A stretch of DNA of 64,000 nucleotides from Candidatus Multivoradales bacterium (GTDB lineage Bacteria; Acidobacteriota; Thermoanaerobaculia; Multivoradales; JAHEKO01): NCBI GenBank assembly GCA_965248055.1, contig CBDFIJ010000004.1, forward strand, positions 2,368,001-2,432,000. Direction: 5' to 3'. The position numbers and the translations under genes are program-made. The notes under the pieces were generated by a model that was not told the DNA's origin, made no database searches, and saw only the letters and a program-made list of their open reading frames with translations. Positions 1-8,126 of this stretch are shown one piece after another; positions within the stretch are counted from its first letter, which is position 1, and every line of letters begins with the position of its first letter.

Positions 1-346
1 TGTTGTGAGCGTCAATACCGCGCGCACGTAGTGCAGCTGTTTGCTGTCCGCTACGTCCACCGATGGTGCAATAACAAACGATCGTTGCGTCTGGGTTGTC
101 GTTGGTGTTGGCCTTGAGCTGGTCCAAGGTGACGGCATCAGGGATCATAGAAACTTGCCGTTCTTTCGGAGCACGTACGTCGATCAATAGAAACTCCTCG
201 CCGGCATTTTGGCGATCAATGACCTCTTCAGCGGTGATCTCGGGTACCCCGGCAAATGCGCGATCCCTGGTACTGCGATACATGGCGTCGATCTGCGCGC
301 GTTTCTGTTCATTGGTCATCTGCGAGTATTTTTTGCGAAACAACAT
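1..346 (-). CDS. Rhodanese-like domain protein (runs off window edge)
   Basis: Not in the ORF track; hand translation from ATG at 346 gives MLFRKKYSQ...EEFLLIDVRAPKERQVSMIPDAV...TIVCYCTIGGRSGQQTAALRARGIDAHN. Rhodanese DVR..E...IP.A and YC..G.RS motifs; GGAGA RBS upstream. Confidence 0.8.
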   Translation of the reverse strand, partial: MLFRKKYSQMTNEQKRAQIDAMYRSTRDRAFAGVPEITAEEVIDRQNAGEEFLLIDVRAPKERQVSMIPDAVTLDQLKANTNDNPDATIVCYCTIGGRSGQQTAALRARGIDAHN

Positions 347-452
347 AAGATCTCCCAGGGTCACGGCTTGGCGTCGAATGCGGCCTAAGGTGAAGAAAGT
401 ATATGGTGAGTTCGCTAGGTTGTTGTGAAGGAAGTCGATCAAGTTGAGGACT

Positions 453-1592
453 ATGATGGCGGACAAGAGAGAAATGGTTCTGGTGGGAGGTGGGCATGCC
501 CATGTGCAGGTGCTCAAAGAGTTTGCCGACGCCCCGCCCGTTAATTGCAACATCACGGTGGTGGTCGACGACCCGGTAGCCATGTATTCCGGTATGGCTC
601 CGGGCTTTGTGGCGGGGCAGTATTCCCGCGAGGAGCTGGAAATCGACGTCCGCCCCCTGGCTCGTCTGGCGAAAGCCGAAGTCATCGTGGCCCGTTGTGA
701 AAGCGTTGACCCAGAACGGCAATTACTGCACCTGGCGGTTCGAAAACCGCTTCGCTACGACATAGCGTCGTTCAATATCGGTTCGACGGTGTTGGGCTTG
801 GAGTTACCGGGTGTTCGGCAACACGCTCTGGCGACGCGCCCGTTGAGTGGACTGGTGGGCGGAATCGCGCAGCTTATCGAACGTGCGCACGCCCACCAGG
901 GCGATCAGCCCTTTCATATTGTTGTTGTCGGTGGTGGTGTCGGAGGTGTCGAGTTGGCGTTTGCCGTCGAGGCCCGACTTGAGAATGAAATCGGTCGTGC
1001 AGTGCAGGTCACGCTTCTCGACAGCGGCGAGCGCATCCTTCCGCGTTACCCGGATGCACTGGTCCACCGCATTCAGCGTATGGCTGATAAGCGGGGGATA
1101 ACCCTGCGCATGGGCGAACGAGTGACCGCCGTCCATCAAAACCACGTTGCACTCAAGAGTGGCGAGCAACTGAATTCGAATGCCATTCTTTGGGTTACCG
1201 GGCCGACCAGCCATCCGGTGTTCACCCGATCACCTGGGATCGAAACCGACGATCGTGGTTTCGCGTTGATGCGGTCAACGCTGCAGCTCGACGGCTACGA
1301 CAATCTCTTCGCGGTTGGCGACTGCGGCACCTTGATCGACTATCCCAAGACCCCAAAGGCCGGAGTCTACGCGGTGCGCGAAGGGCCGTTTATCACCCAC
1401 AACCTAAAAGCGTTGGTAGCAGGTGAACCGCTGCGCGAGTACCTGCCGCAGGGAGACTTCTTGACCTTGCTCAACCTCGGCCATGGTTATGCGGTGGGAG
1501 CCAAGTGGGGAGTCACCTTCGGCGGCAAATGGGTGATGCGCTGGAAGGACAGCATCGACCGCAAGTTCATGACTCGGTTTCAAGTGCTGTAG
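453..1592 (+). CDS. FAD-dependent pyridine nucleotide-disulfide oxidoreductase (family often fused N-terminal to SelD)
   Basis: GGGHAH FAD motif, YSGMAPG, second GGGVGGVE motif, FAVGDC, KAGVYAVR, WKDSIDRKFM tail; GAGGA RBS before ATG 453. Confidence 0.8.
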   Translation: MMADKREMVLVGGGHAHVQVLKEFADAPPVNCNITVVVDDPVAMYSGMAPGFVAGQYSREELEIDVRPLARLAKAEVIVARCESVDPERQLLHLAVRKPLRYDIASFNIGSTVLGLELPGVRQHALATRPLSGLVGGIAQLIERAHAHQGDQPFHIVVVGGGVGGVELAFAVEARLENEIGRAVQVTLLDSGERILPRYPDALVHRIQRMADKRGITLRMGERVTAVHQNHVALKSGEQLNSNAILWVTGPTSHPVFTRSPGIETDDRGFALMRSTLQLDGYDNLFAVGDCGTLIDYPKTPKAGVYAVREGPFITHNLKALVAGEPLREYLPQGDFLTLLNLGHGYAVGAKWGVTFGGKWVMRWKDSIDRKFMTRFQVL

Positions 1593-1697
1593 ATGGCGCG
1601 GACCCTCAGTTCAGTCTGATGGCCACAGGATACTTATTTGGCAAGCAACCGAGAAGCAGAGCTGTGTACCCTGTCGCCGATTTAGAGGCATGAACTC

Positions 1698-2345
1698 ATG
1701 ATACATCTGCAAGAGAGTAGAAGGACCCAGCTTCTGATCGCGGCTGCGGTTGGCTGTGTTCTCGCTGTGGTGCTACCTCTTTCGAGCATGCAGAAGGGCG
1801 TTCTTATCCTCATCGGTGGCGCGGCGGGCGTTAGCCTAGGTGTCTACTATTGGCGTCGGCTGGAAGAGCGTATCGACACTCGAAATACGCTCATCACTTA
1901 CTTCGCTGATTCCCCGTTTTACCTGCTTGTGGTTTTTCTTGGCGTGGGCATGCTCCTCCCACGAAGCCTGTTCCAGTTCGGCGAGTTATTGGTTTTGTTT
2001 CCCCAGGCTTTTGAAGCTGCACTTCTTCTGGTGGTGGCTTGCTGGGTTGCCTATGAGGCGGTGCTATTTCGCTCGGTGAAGCGTTACGAAGAGAATCATG
2101 GAGCAATCAAAACTAAGGCGTTCTACGCTCGAAGCTCGACGGGACTCGAGGGAATGCATGGTCGAGAGGCGACGGTTGTGCGCAGATGTGCGCCGATCGG
2201 CAAGGTGAGCCTTGGGCCGGAGCTTTGGGATGCGGAGTCGATCGATGGGCGACCGCTAGAGGAAGGACAGCGAACAGAGATTCGCGACATCGAAGGCCTG
2301 CGCCTAGTCGTTGAAGCGTCCAGCGCCGCTGACCGACTCTCTTAG
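1698..2345 (+). CDS. Membrane protein with C-terminal NfeD-like OB domain
   Basis: About four hydrophobic segments, then TGLEGMHGREATV...GKVSLGPELWDAES...IEGLRLVVE typical of the NfeD C-terminus. Confidence 0.7.
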   Translation: MIHLQESRRTQLLIAAAVGCVLAVVLPLSSMQKGVLILIGGAAGVSLGVYYWRRLEERIDTRNTLITYFADSPFYLLVVFLGVGMLLPRSLFQFGELLVLFPQAFEAALLLVVACWVAYEAVLFRSVKRYEENHGAIKTKAFYARSSTGLEGMHGREATVVRRCAPIGKVSLGPELWDAESIDGRPLEEGQRTEIRDIEGLRLVVEASSAADRLS

Positions 2346-2450
2346 ACCAGCCTCTCTAGAGGGTCTCCTAAACAAAACCACACACTGCGGAGCTAATCAT
2401 AGGAGCAGCGCAGGATTTTTCTGCGGTTGCAGATTCCGAAGGAGAAGATC

Positions 2451-2723
2451 ATGAATCTCATCTATGCAGCTGTTTCTTTGCTTGTTGGTTGGTGTGGAAC
2501 GCCATGGCCTATTCGATGGCCGATTCCGATCCCACCCCGACCTGAACCAGATCCACCATGTCCAGTTTGCGGAAACGTGGTTAGTGCTCTGGGCGGTTTA
2601 ATCGGTGGATTCCTGGTTACCCAACTAGTTCCGAACGAGGTCTCGCTGGTGAGCGTCGCGATCGGTTCCTTTGTTGTGGCGCGGATCGCTGGCGACCTAT
2701 ACAGCCTCGTTTCAAGGAAATAG
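2451..2723 (+). CDS. Small Pro-rich membrane protein
   Basis: AAGGAG RBS then ATG 2451; WCGTPWPIRWPIPIPPRPEPDPPCPVC followed by two Gly-rich hydrophobic helices. Confidence 0.6.
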   Translation: MNLIYAAVSLLVGWCGTPWPIRWPIPIPPRPEPDPPCPVCGNVVSALGGLIGGFLVTQLVPNEVSLVSVAIGSFVVARIAGDLYSLVSRK

Positions 2724-2847
2724 CCAAATAGGGGAAGAAGACTGGGCGCACGTGCGGGTGCGACATGAGTCCGATACAGGTCTCCACCATCTGTGAGGCT
2801 CAGGCATCGGATCTTTGAGTACGAAGAAAAGCGGCAGGCAAAGCCCG

Positions 2848-4216
2848 GAGATATAACCGAAAGTTGTGTATGAGAGTTTGAAGGCGGCGTATCCTGAGCC
2901 CGGTTTTCAAAGCTGGGTTCAATCATCCCAAAAGGAGGATACGCCGTTGAGCAAGAGTAACGTAGTTTCAATCGATCACGTAGAACGTCCTGAGGACGCT
3001 CTGAGTGAGGTCTTGCGCCGAGGTTCACGGTTGCTTCTTTGCGAAGCAATCGAGGCAGAGGTGGAGAGTTTTTTGGTTGAGTACCAAGATCACCGTACGG
3101 CGGTCGGTCACCGGCGGTTGGTGAGAAACGGCTACATGCCAGAGCGGGAGATCCAGACCGGAATCGGCGGCATTTCGGTCAAAGTGCCACGGGTGCGGGA
3201 TCGCCAGGGTGAGCTTCATTTTCGCTCCAATCTAGTACCACCGTATCTGCGCCGGTCCAAGAGCATCGCGGATCTCTTGCCCTGGCTATACTTACGGGGG
3301 ATTTCTACCGGGGACTTCTCACGAGCTCTGGAAGCTTTGGTGGGCCCTGAAGCGCCAGGTCTTTCGTCTTCGACGGTGAGCCGCCTCAAACGCGTCTGGG
3401 GCCAGGAGTACAGCGAATGGCGGCAGCGCGATCTTTCGTCCAAGCGCTACGTCTATGTATGGGCTGACGGCATTTACTGCAAGGCTCGCCTGGATAACGC
3501 CAAGCTCTGCTTGCTGGTGTTAATTGGTGCCACTGCGGACGGCAACAAAGAACTGATCGCTGTTGAAGACGGTTACCGGGAGAGTGAGGCGTCATGGCTG
3601 GAGCTGTTGCGAGGCCTGGAAGCAAGAGGCCTTACATTCGAGCCTAAGATCGCAATCGGTGACGGCAATCTGGGTTTCTGGAAGGCTCTGGCTCAGGTGT
3701 GGGGAAATACCAAGACCCAGCGCTGCTGGGTCCACAAGACGGCCAACGTCTTGAATAAGCTCCCCAAGGCGATCCAGCCCAAGGCCAAGCAGGCAATCCA
3801 CCAAATCTGGATGGCGCAGACACGTCACGATGCCGAGAGGGCTTTTGATGCATTCCAGGCAATCTACCAAGCTAAATATCCGAAAGCAGTCCAGTGCTTG
3901 GTCAAAGATCGCGTCCAGCTACTCGCTTTCTACGATTTCCCGGCTGAGCACTGGGTGCATTTGAGGACCACCAACCCAATCGAATCAACTTTTGCTACCG
4001 TACGCTTGAGAACCTCCAAAACCCGGGGCTGTCTGTCGCGAGAAACCATGCTCTCGATGGTCTTCAAGCTGTGCCAAAGCGCAGAAAAACGATGGCGGAG
4101 GCTACAGGGCTACAGGCGCATTGCCGAAGTCGTTGAAGGTCTCCAGTTCGTGGACGGAGAAAAACAAAAACAGATCGCCGCCTGATGGCTCAATACACAA
4201 CTTTTGACAATAACTC
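2848..4216 (+). mobile_element. Complete IS256-family insertion sequence
   Basis: Imperfect terminal IRs GAGATATAACCGAAAGTTGTGTAT (2848) and ATACACAACTTTTGACAATAACTC (to 4216); 9-bp direct repeat CAAAGCCCG at 2839-2847 and 4217-4225. Confidence 0.92.
2947..4185 (+). CDS. IS256 family transposase
   Basis: RNGY..R.IQT.IG...VKVPRVR, YVWADG, AIGDG, QRCWVHK, RTTNPIES DDE motifs; AGGAGG RBS before TTG 2947. Confidence 0.95.
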   Translation: MSKSNVVSIDHVERPEDALSEVLRRGSRLLLCEAIEAEVESFLVEYQDHRTAVGHRRLVRNGYMPEREIQTGIGGISVKVPRVRDRQGELHFRSNLVPPYLRRSKSIADLLPWLYLRGISTGDFSRALEALVGPEAPGLSSSTVSRLKRVWGQEYSEWRQRDLSSKRYVYVWADGIYCKARLDNAKLCLLVLIGATADGNKELIAVEDGYRESEASWLELLRGLEARGLTFEPKIAIGDGNLGFWKALAQVWGNTKTQRCWVHKTANVLNKLPKAIQPKAKQAIHQIWMAQTRHDAERAFDAFQAIYQAKYPKAVQCLVKDRVQLLAFYDFPAEHWVHLRTTNPIESTFATVRLRTSKTRGCLSRETMLSMVFKLCQSAEKRWRRLQGYRRIAEVVEGLQFVDGEKQKQIAA

Positions 4217-4256
4217 CAAAGCCCGCCGCTTTGAACGAACGAACTTGCCTACTTGT

Positions 4257-4715
4257 CTACTCTTCTGAGGGTGGACTTGGGTGACGTTGCGTCGCCGCCA
4301 TGTAGACCCGCGAAGAGTCACAATCCATCACGCCTCCAAATAGCTCACCTGCCTTCTCATAGCTACCGGCAGCGTGCTGATCCCAGTCCGTGCCCTGTGT
4401 CTTAAAGTTGGCGTGGGTGGAGACGTACTTGAAGTCGAACTCCTCACCGCCACCACCGTAGGCCGGCATGAAGGCCCAAATGCCTCCTGTGGAACCGTTC
4501 TCGCCCTTGTACTCAGCCCAGGATGCCATTGCGGGTGCGACATCGTTAAAGCTCTTACCTTCGGCGATGGTGCAGTCGGAAAACGACATCACGAAGTTGT
4601 CCGGTGGCGGACCGACTGGATCCTTGAACGGGATCGCCGCAAAATTGCTGTGGTTAGAGCAGGTGGAAAGTTCATTCCACTCTGCCGCGCTCTCGGAGCC
4701 GTTTGCTGCAGCAGT
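4257..4715 (-). pseudogene. 5'-truncated hypothetical protein gene (C-terminal part only)
   Basis: Frame stays open upstream of 4592 (..AAANGSESAAEWNELSTCSNHSNFAAIPFKDPVGPPPDNFVMSFSDC..) and runs into the element-end repeat at about 4715 with no convincing start or RBS. Confidence 0.6.
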
Positions 4716-4884
4716 TGTTAGGTTCAGTTGTTAGGTTCCAGGCGAATATTGGGAGTTGTTTATCCCTCCGGAATCGGCTTTGTATTTCGCCGCCCTGGGA
4801 CGTCAGTTCAGGGTATATGTCTTTGTCGCCCAGTTTTCCCGGAAGTTTGCCACCCACTGGGTAGTGGCTGTTGCCTGTTATTGC
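4712..4884 (-). repeat. Y1/RAYT element 3'-end copy C (non-coding end only)
   Basis: Diverged copy of 4900-5053 and 5876-6030; begins with tandem CAGTTGTTAGGTT x2 (4712-4737). Confidence 0.85.
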
Positions 4885-4899
4885 TGCAGTAGCTCTGGC

Positions 4900-5875
4900 T
4901 AGTTAGGTCCAGGCGAATTTTGAGAGTCGCTATTCCTACAGAATCGACTTGTTTTTCGCCGCCCTGGGGCATCAGTTTGGAGTGACTGTCTTTGTTGCCA
5001 GGTTTTTTTGGAGGTTTGCCACCAACTGGGTAGTGGCTGTTGCCTGTTATTGCGACCTACCGACGCAGTCGTGCCCCACTAGGCGAGACTAGTGTCGTGT
5101 GGGAAGAAGTTGTTCCAGAGATAGCGCCTAGGTTGGGACAAAGGGTCTCGGCGGTGGGAACGATCCTTCCGGGAACGCGACGAGCAGATTCCCAGCTTTG
5201 AGTTGCCTGGAAGCCTCACGGTAGGCAGTGACGAACCAGCAGTAAGCCTCGTAGAGGAGCTTTCTGGCGACTTTGGTTGTGCAATGGAACAGCGGGGCTG
5301 GAGAGCGTTTGAGTTTTGCTGGACGTTGAGTAGGAGAGGGATTTGGGAGGTTCCCGACGCTTATGTCTGTGCATTCTTGCTGCACAAGTTCGATGAGCTC
5401 TTGCACCCGTTTGCTAATCCAACCAGCACTCCTGTCGGCCCAGCACGGAAGGGGTGTTAGATGGATCCGTTCTACTGAGCGAAAGACAAGTCCTTTCTGG
5501 TTTGACGCCAGGGCGTGAAACTCGCGGGTGCGGTTGCGCCAGTGCCCGGTCAGAACCGTTTGTTTCTTGAGAAGAGTTTGAGTGGACTGGGTTCCTGGCC
5601 ACCTCGCGGGGTGAGAAACCAATCCCTCTTTGACACCCTGGCTGAGGATGTATTTCATCCGGCTCTCGTGTGCTGGTTCCTCATCACTGACAATGATTGC
5701 CTGGTACCTTTTGGACCAGAACCTGTCGGTCCAGTCGTGCATCCTGCCCAGTTCCCGGGCCACGTTGCTATTGAGATAGCCGACGAAATTGGCCATGCGT
5801 TGGGCGTCAGGGATTGACATAAGGAGGTGGTAGTGATTCGACATGAACACGAATGCATGGATTTCGACAGGATAC
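4900..5875 (-). mobile_element. Y1/RAYT element copy A, 5'-truncated
   Basis: Highly similar to 5876-6853; similarity ends at GATAC|TAGTT (5875), where the full copy reads GATAC|AATCT. Confidence 0.85.
5128..5875 (-). pseudogene. 5'-truncated HUH Y1 transposase
   Basis: Nearly identical to the 6106-6996 protein from about residue 48 onward; lacks the N-terminus. Confidence 0.85.
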
Positions 5876-6105
5876 TAGTTGTTAGGTCCAGGCGAATTTT
5901 GAGAGTCGTTATTCCTACGGAATTGACTTGTGTTTCGCCGCCCTGGGACATCAGTTTGGACTGACTGTTTTTGTTGCCAGATTTTTTGGAGGTTTGCCAC
6001 CCACTGGGCAGTGGTTGTTGCCTGTTTTGACGACCTACAGACGCAGTCGTACTCCACTAGGTGAGACTAGTGTGGTGTGGGAAGAAGTTGTTCCAAAGAT
6101 AGCGC

Positions 6106-6996
6106 TTAGGTTGGGACAAAGGGTCTCGGCGGTGGGAACGATCCTTCCGGGAACGCGACGAGCAGATTCCCAGCTTTGAGTTGCCGAGAAGCCTCACGGT
6201 AGGCAGTAACGAACCAGCAGTAAGCCTCGTAGAGGAGCTTCCTGGCGACTTTGGTTGTGCAATGAAACAGCGGCGCTGGAGAGCGTTTGAGTCTTGCTGG
6301 ACGTTGAGTAGGAGAGGGATTTGGGAGGTTCCCGACGCTTATGTCGGCGCATTCTTGCTGCACAAGTTCGATGAGCTCTTGCACACGTTTGCTAATCCAA
6401 CCAGCACTCCTGTTGGCCCAGCACGGAAGGGGTGTTAGATGGATCCGTTCTATCGAGCGAAAGACAAGTCCTTTCTGGATTGACCCCAGGGCGTGGAATT
6501 CGCGGGTGCGGTTGCGCCAGTGCCCGGTCAGAACCGTTTGTTTCTTGAGAAAAGTTTGAGTGGACTGGGCTCCTGGCCACATCGCGGGGTGAGAAACTAA
6601 TCCCTCTTTGACACCCTGGCTGAGGATGTATTTCATCCGGCTCTCGTGTGCGGGCTCCTCATCACTGACAATGATTGCCTGGTACCTCCTGGACCAAAAC
6701 CTGTCGGTCCAATCGTGCATCCTGCCCAGTTCTCGGGCCACGTTGCTATTGAGATAGCCGACGAAATTGGCCATGCGTTGGGCGTCAGGGACCGATATAA
6801 GGAGGTGGTAGTGATTCGACATGAACACGAATGCATGGATTTCGACAGGATACAATCTCTGTGCACGACCCAGGACTCCCTGAATCAGGTCATTAGTGGC
6901 TGGCGATGGTTTTAGAAGATAGCGACCTTGGATGGTGCGGCAGGTGACTTCAACCAAAGCCCCGCCATGCGGAATGAATCGAAGACGACGGCTCAT
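6106..6996 (-). CDS. HUH Y1 tyrosine transposase (REP-associated/IS200-like)
   Basis: EVTCRT, HAFVFMSNHYHLL (HUH), FWSRRY, catalytic-Tyr region MKYILSQGVKEGLV..P..WPG, C-terminal FPEGSFPP. Confidence 0.88.
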   Translation of the reverse strand: MSRRLRFIPHGGALVEVTCRTIQGRYLLKPSPATNDLIQGVLGRAQRLYPVEIHAFVFMSNHYHLLISVPDAQRMANFVGYLNSNVARELGRMHDWTDRFWSRRYQAIIVSDEEPAHESRMKYILSQGVKEGLVSHPAMWPGAQSTQTFLKKQTVLTGHWRNRTREFHALGSIQKGLVFRSIERIHLTPLPCWANRSAGWISKRVQELIELVQQECADISVGNLPNPSPTQRPARLKRSPAPLFHCTTKVARKLLYEAYCWFVTAYREASRQLKAGNLLVAFPEGSFPPPRPFVPT

Positions 6997-7045
6997 GGAA
7001 ACAAGAGACGCAAACCGAGTTTTCTAACTTGCAATAATTCGGGTG

Positions 7046-7083
7046 GTACCTAATCTGCTGGTACCTAATCTGTACCTAATCTG
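7046..7083. repeat. Tandem micro-repeat (G)TACCTAATCTG x3
   Basis: Copies at 7046, 7061 and 7072, followed by three more GGTAC motifs to 7113. Confidence 0.9.
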
Positions 7084-7221
7084 TAGAGGTTCAAGGTACT
7101 TGGTACTGGTACCAAAATTGGCTCGATCGGGTTCTAGAGTTGTGTGCGAGCGACGGTGATCGCTATCGCGAGCGACCCACAAACCCATAGAAGCTTGTGG
7201 TATGGAATAGAGTCAGAGTCC

Positions 7222-8058
7222 ATGGGGGTTCCAAAATACGATGAACTGTTTAACCCGTTGATTGAAGCTATTCGAAACGTGGGTGGTTCTGCTTCTATCC
7301 AGGAACAGACAGATGAGGTTGCGGACATCTTGAATCTGTCCGAAAAAGATGTGGACGCGATTCATCGTGGAAACCGCACAAAGCTTAACTACCGACTTGC
7401 GTGGGCTCGAAACTACTTAAAACGCTATGGCACCTTGGAAAACTCATCACGCGGCGTGTGGGCATTAACTCCAGTCGGTCACAAGACACCGCAGGTTGAC
7501 AAAGAGGAAGTCAAGAAGTTCGTTGTAGCGTTGGATCGGAAGGAGAAGCCAGAAACTCGGACCGGTACGAAAATCAGCGGCAAAGGGTCTTCGACATGGG
7601 AAGAGGAACTACTTGTATGCGTGCGGAACATGTCTCCAGATGGTTTCGAGCGGTTGAGCCAGCGTCTGCTTAGAGAGTCTGGTTTTATTCAGGTCGAGGT
7701 GACAGGTCGGTCTAACGATGGTGGCATTGATGGAAAGGGTGTTGTTCGACTGGGGGGACTCATGTCTTTCCATATGATCTTCCAATGTAAGAGATTTAAG
7801 GGAAGTGTTGGTTCTTCGATTGTTCGAGACTTTCGCGGGGCAATGGTGGGGCGCGCCGACAAGGGACTGGTGATTACAACTGGATCATTCACATCTGAAG
7901 CTAGGAAAGAGGCCCAGAGGGATGGAGCTCCGCCCATTGACCTAATAGACGGCGATACTTTAGTGCAGAAGTTGAAAGAATTGCGCCTAGGTGTGGAAGT
8001 GCGCGAAAGAACAATAGAGGAGGTTTCCGTTGTTCCGGAGTATTTTGCCACCGTGTGA
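7222..8058 (+). CDS. mrr: Mrr-family type IV restriction endonuclease
   Basis: N-terminal wHTH (PKYDELFNPLIEA...RLAWARNYLKRYG..ENSSRGVWALT) plus catalytic domain (FERL..LL, DGGIDG, QCKRF, RDFRGA, ITTGSFT, LIDG). Confidence 0.9.
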   Translation: MGVPKYDELFNPLIEAIRNVGGSASIQEQTDEVADILNLSEKDVDAIHRGNRTKLNYRLAWARNYLKRYGTLENSSRGVWALTPVGHKTPQVDKEEVKKFVVALDRKEKPETRTGTKISGKGSSTWEEELLVCVRNMSPDGFERLSQRLLRESGFIQVEVTGRSNDGGIDGKGVVRLGGLMSFHMIFQCKRFKGSVGSSIVRDFRGAMVGRADKGLVITTGSFTSEARKEAQRDGAPPIDLIDGDTLVQKLKELRLGVEVRERTIEEVSVVPEYFATV

Positions 8059-8126
8059 ATGCCGCGCAAATGTATTGATCAAGTGTCTCTGACGAAGTTT
8101 CCAAGAATTCTTTCATCGAAATCAGC

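Larger units (their letters stand above)
5876..7110 (-). mobile_element. Y1/RAYT (IS200-like HUH) element copy B, apparently full length
   Basis: Intact transposase, 230-nt structured downstream end starting TAGTTGTTAGGTCCAGGCG, and GTAC-rich micro-repeats upstream. The upstream boundary is approximate. Confidence 0.75.

Noticed and set aside
4712-5900. GTTAGG/CCTAAC motifs as integron attC sites
   Set aside because: No paired RYYYAAC...GTTRRRY boxes around cassettes and no integron integrase; the motifs are the ends of the Y1 units.
4712-7110. CRISPR array
   Set aside because: The repeats are long element ends or spacer-less micro-repeats; no cas genes.
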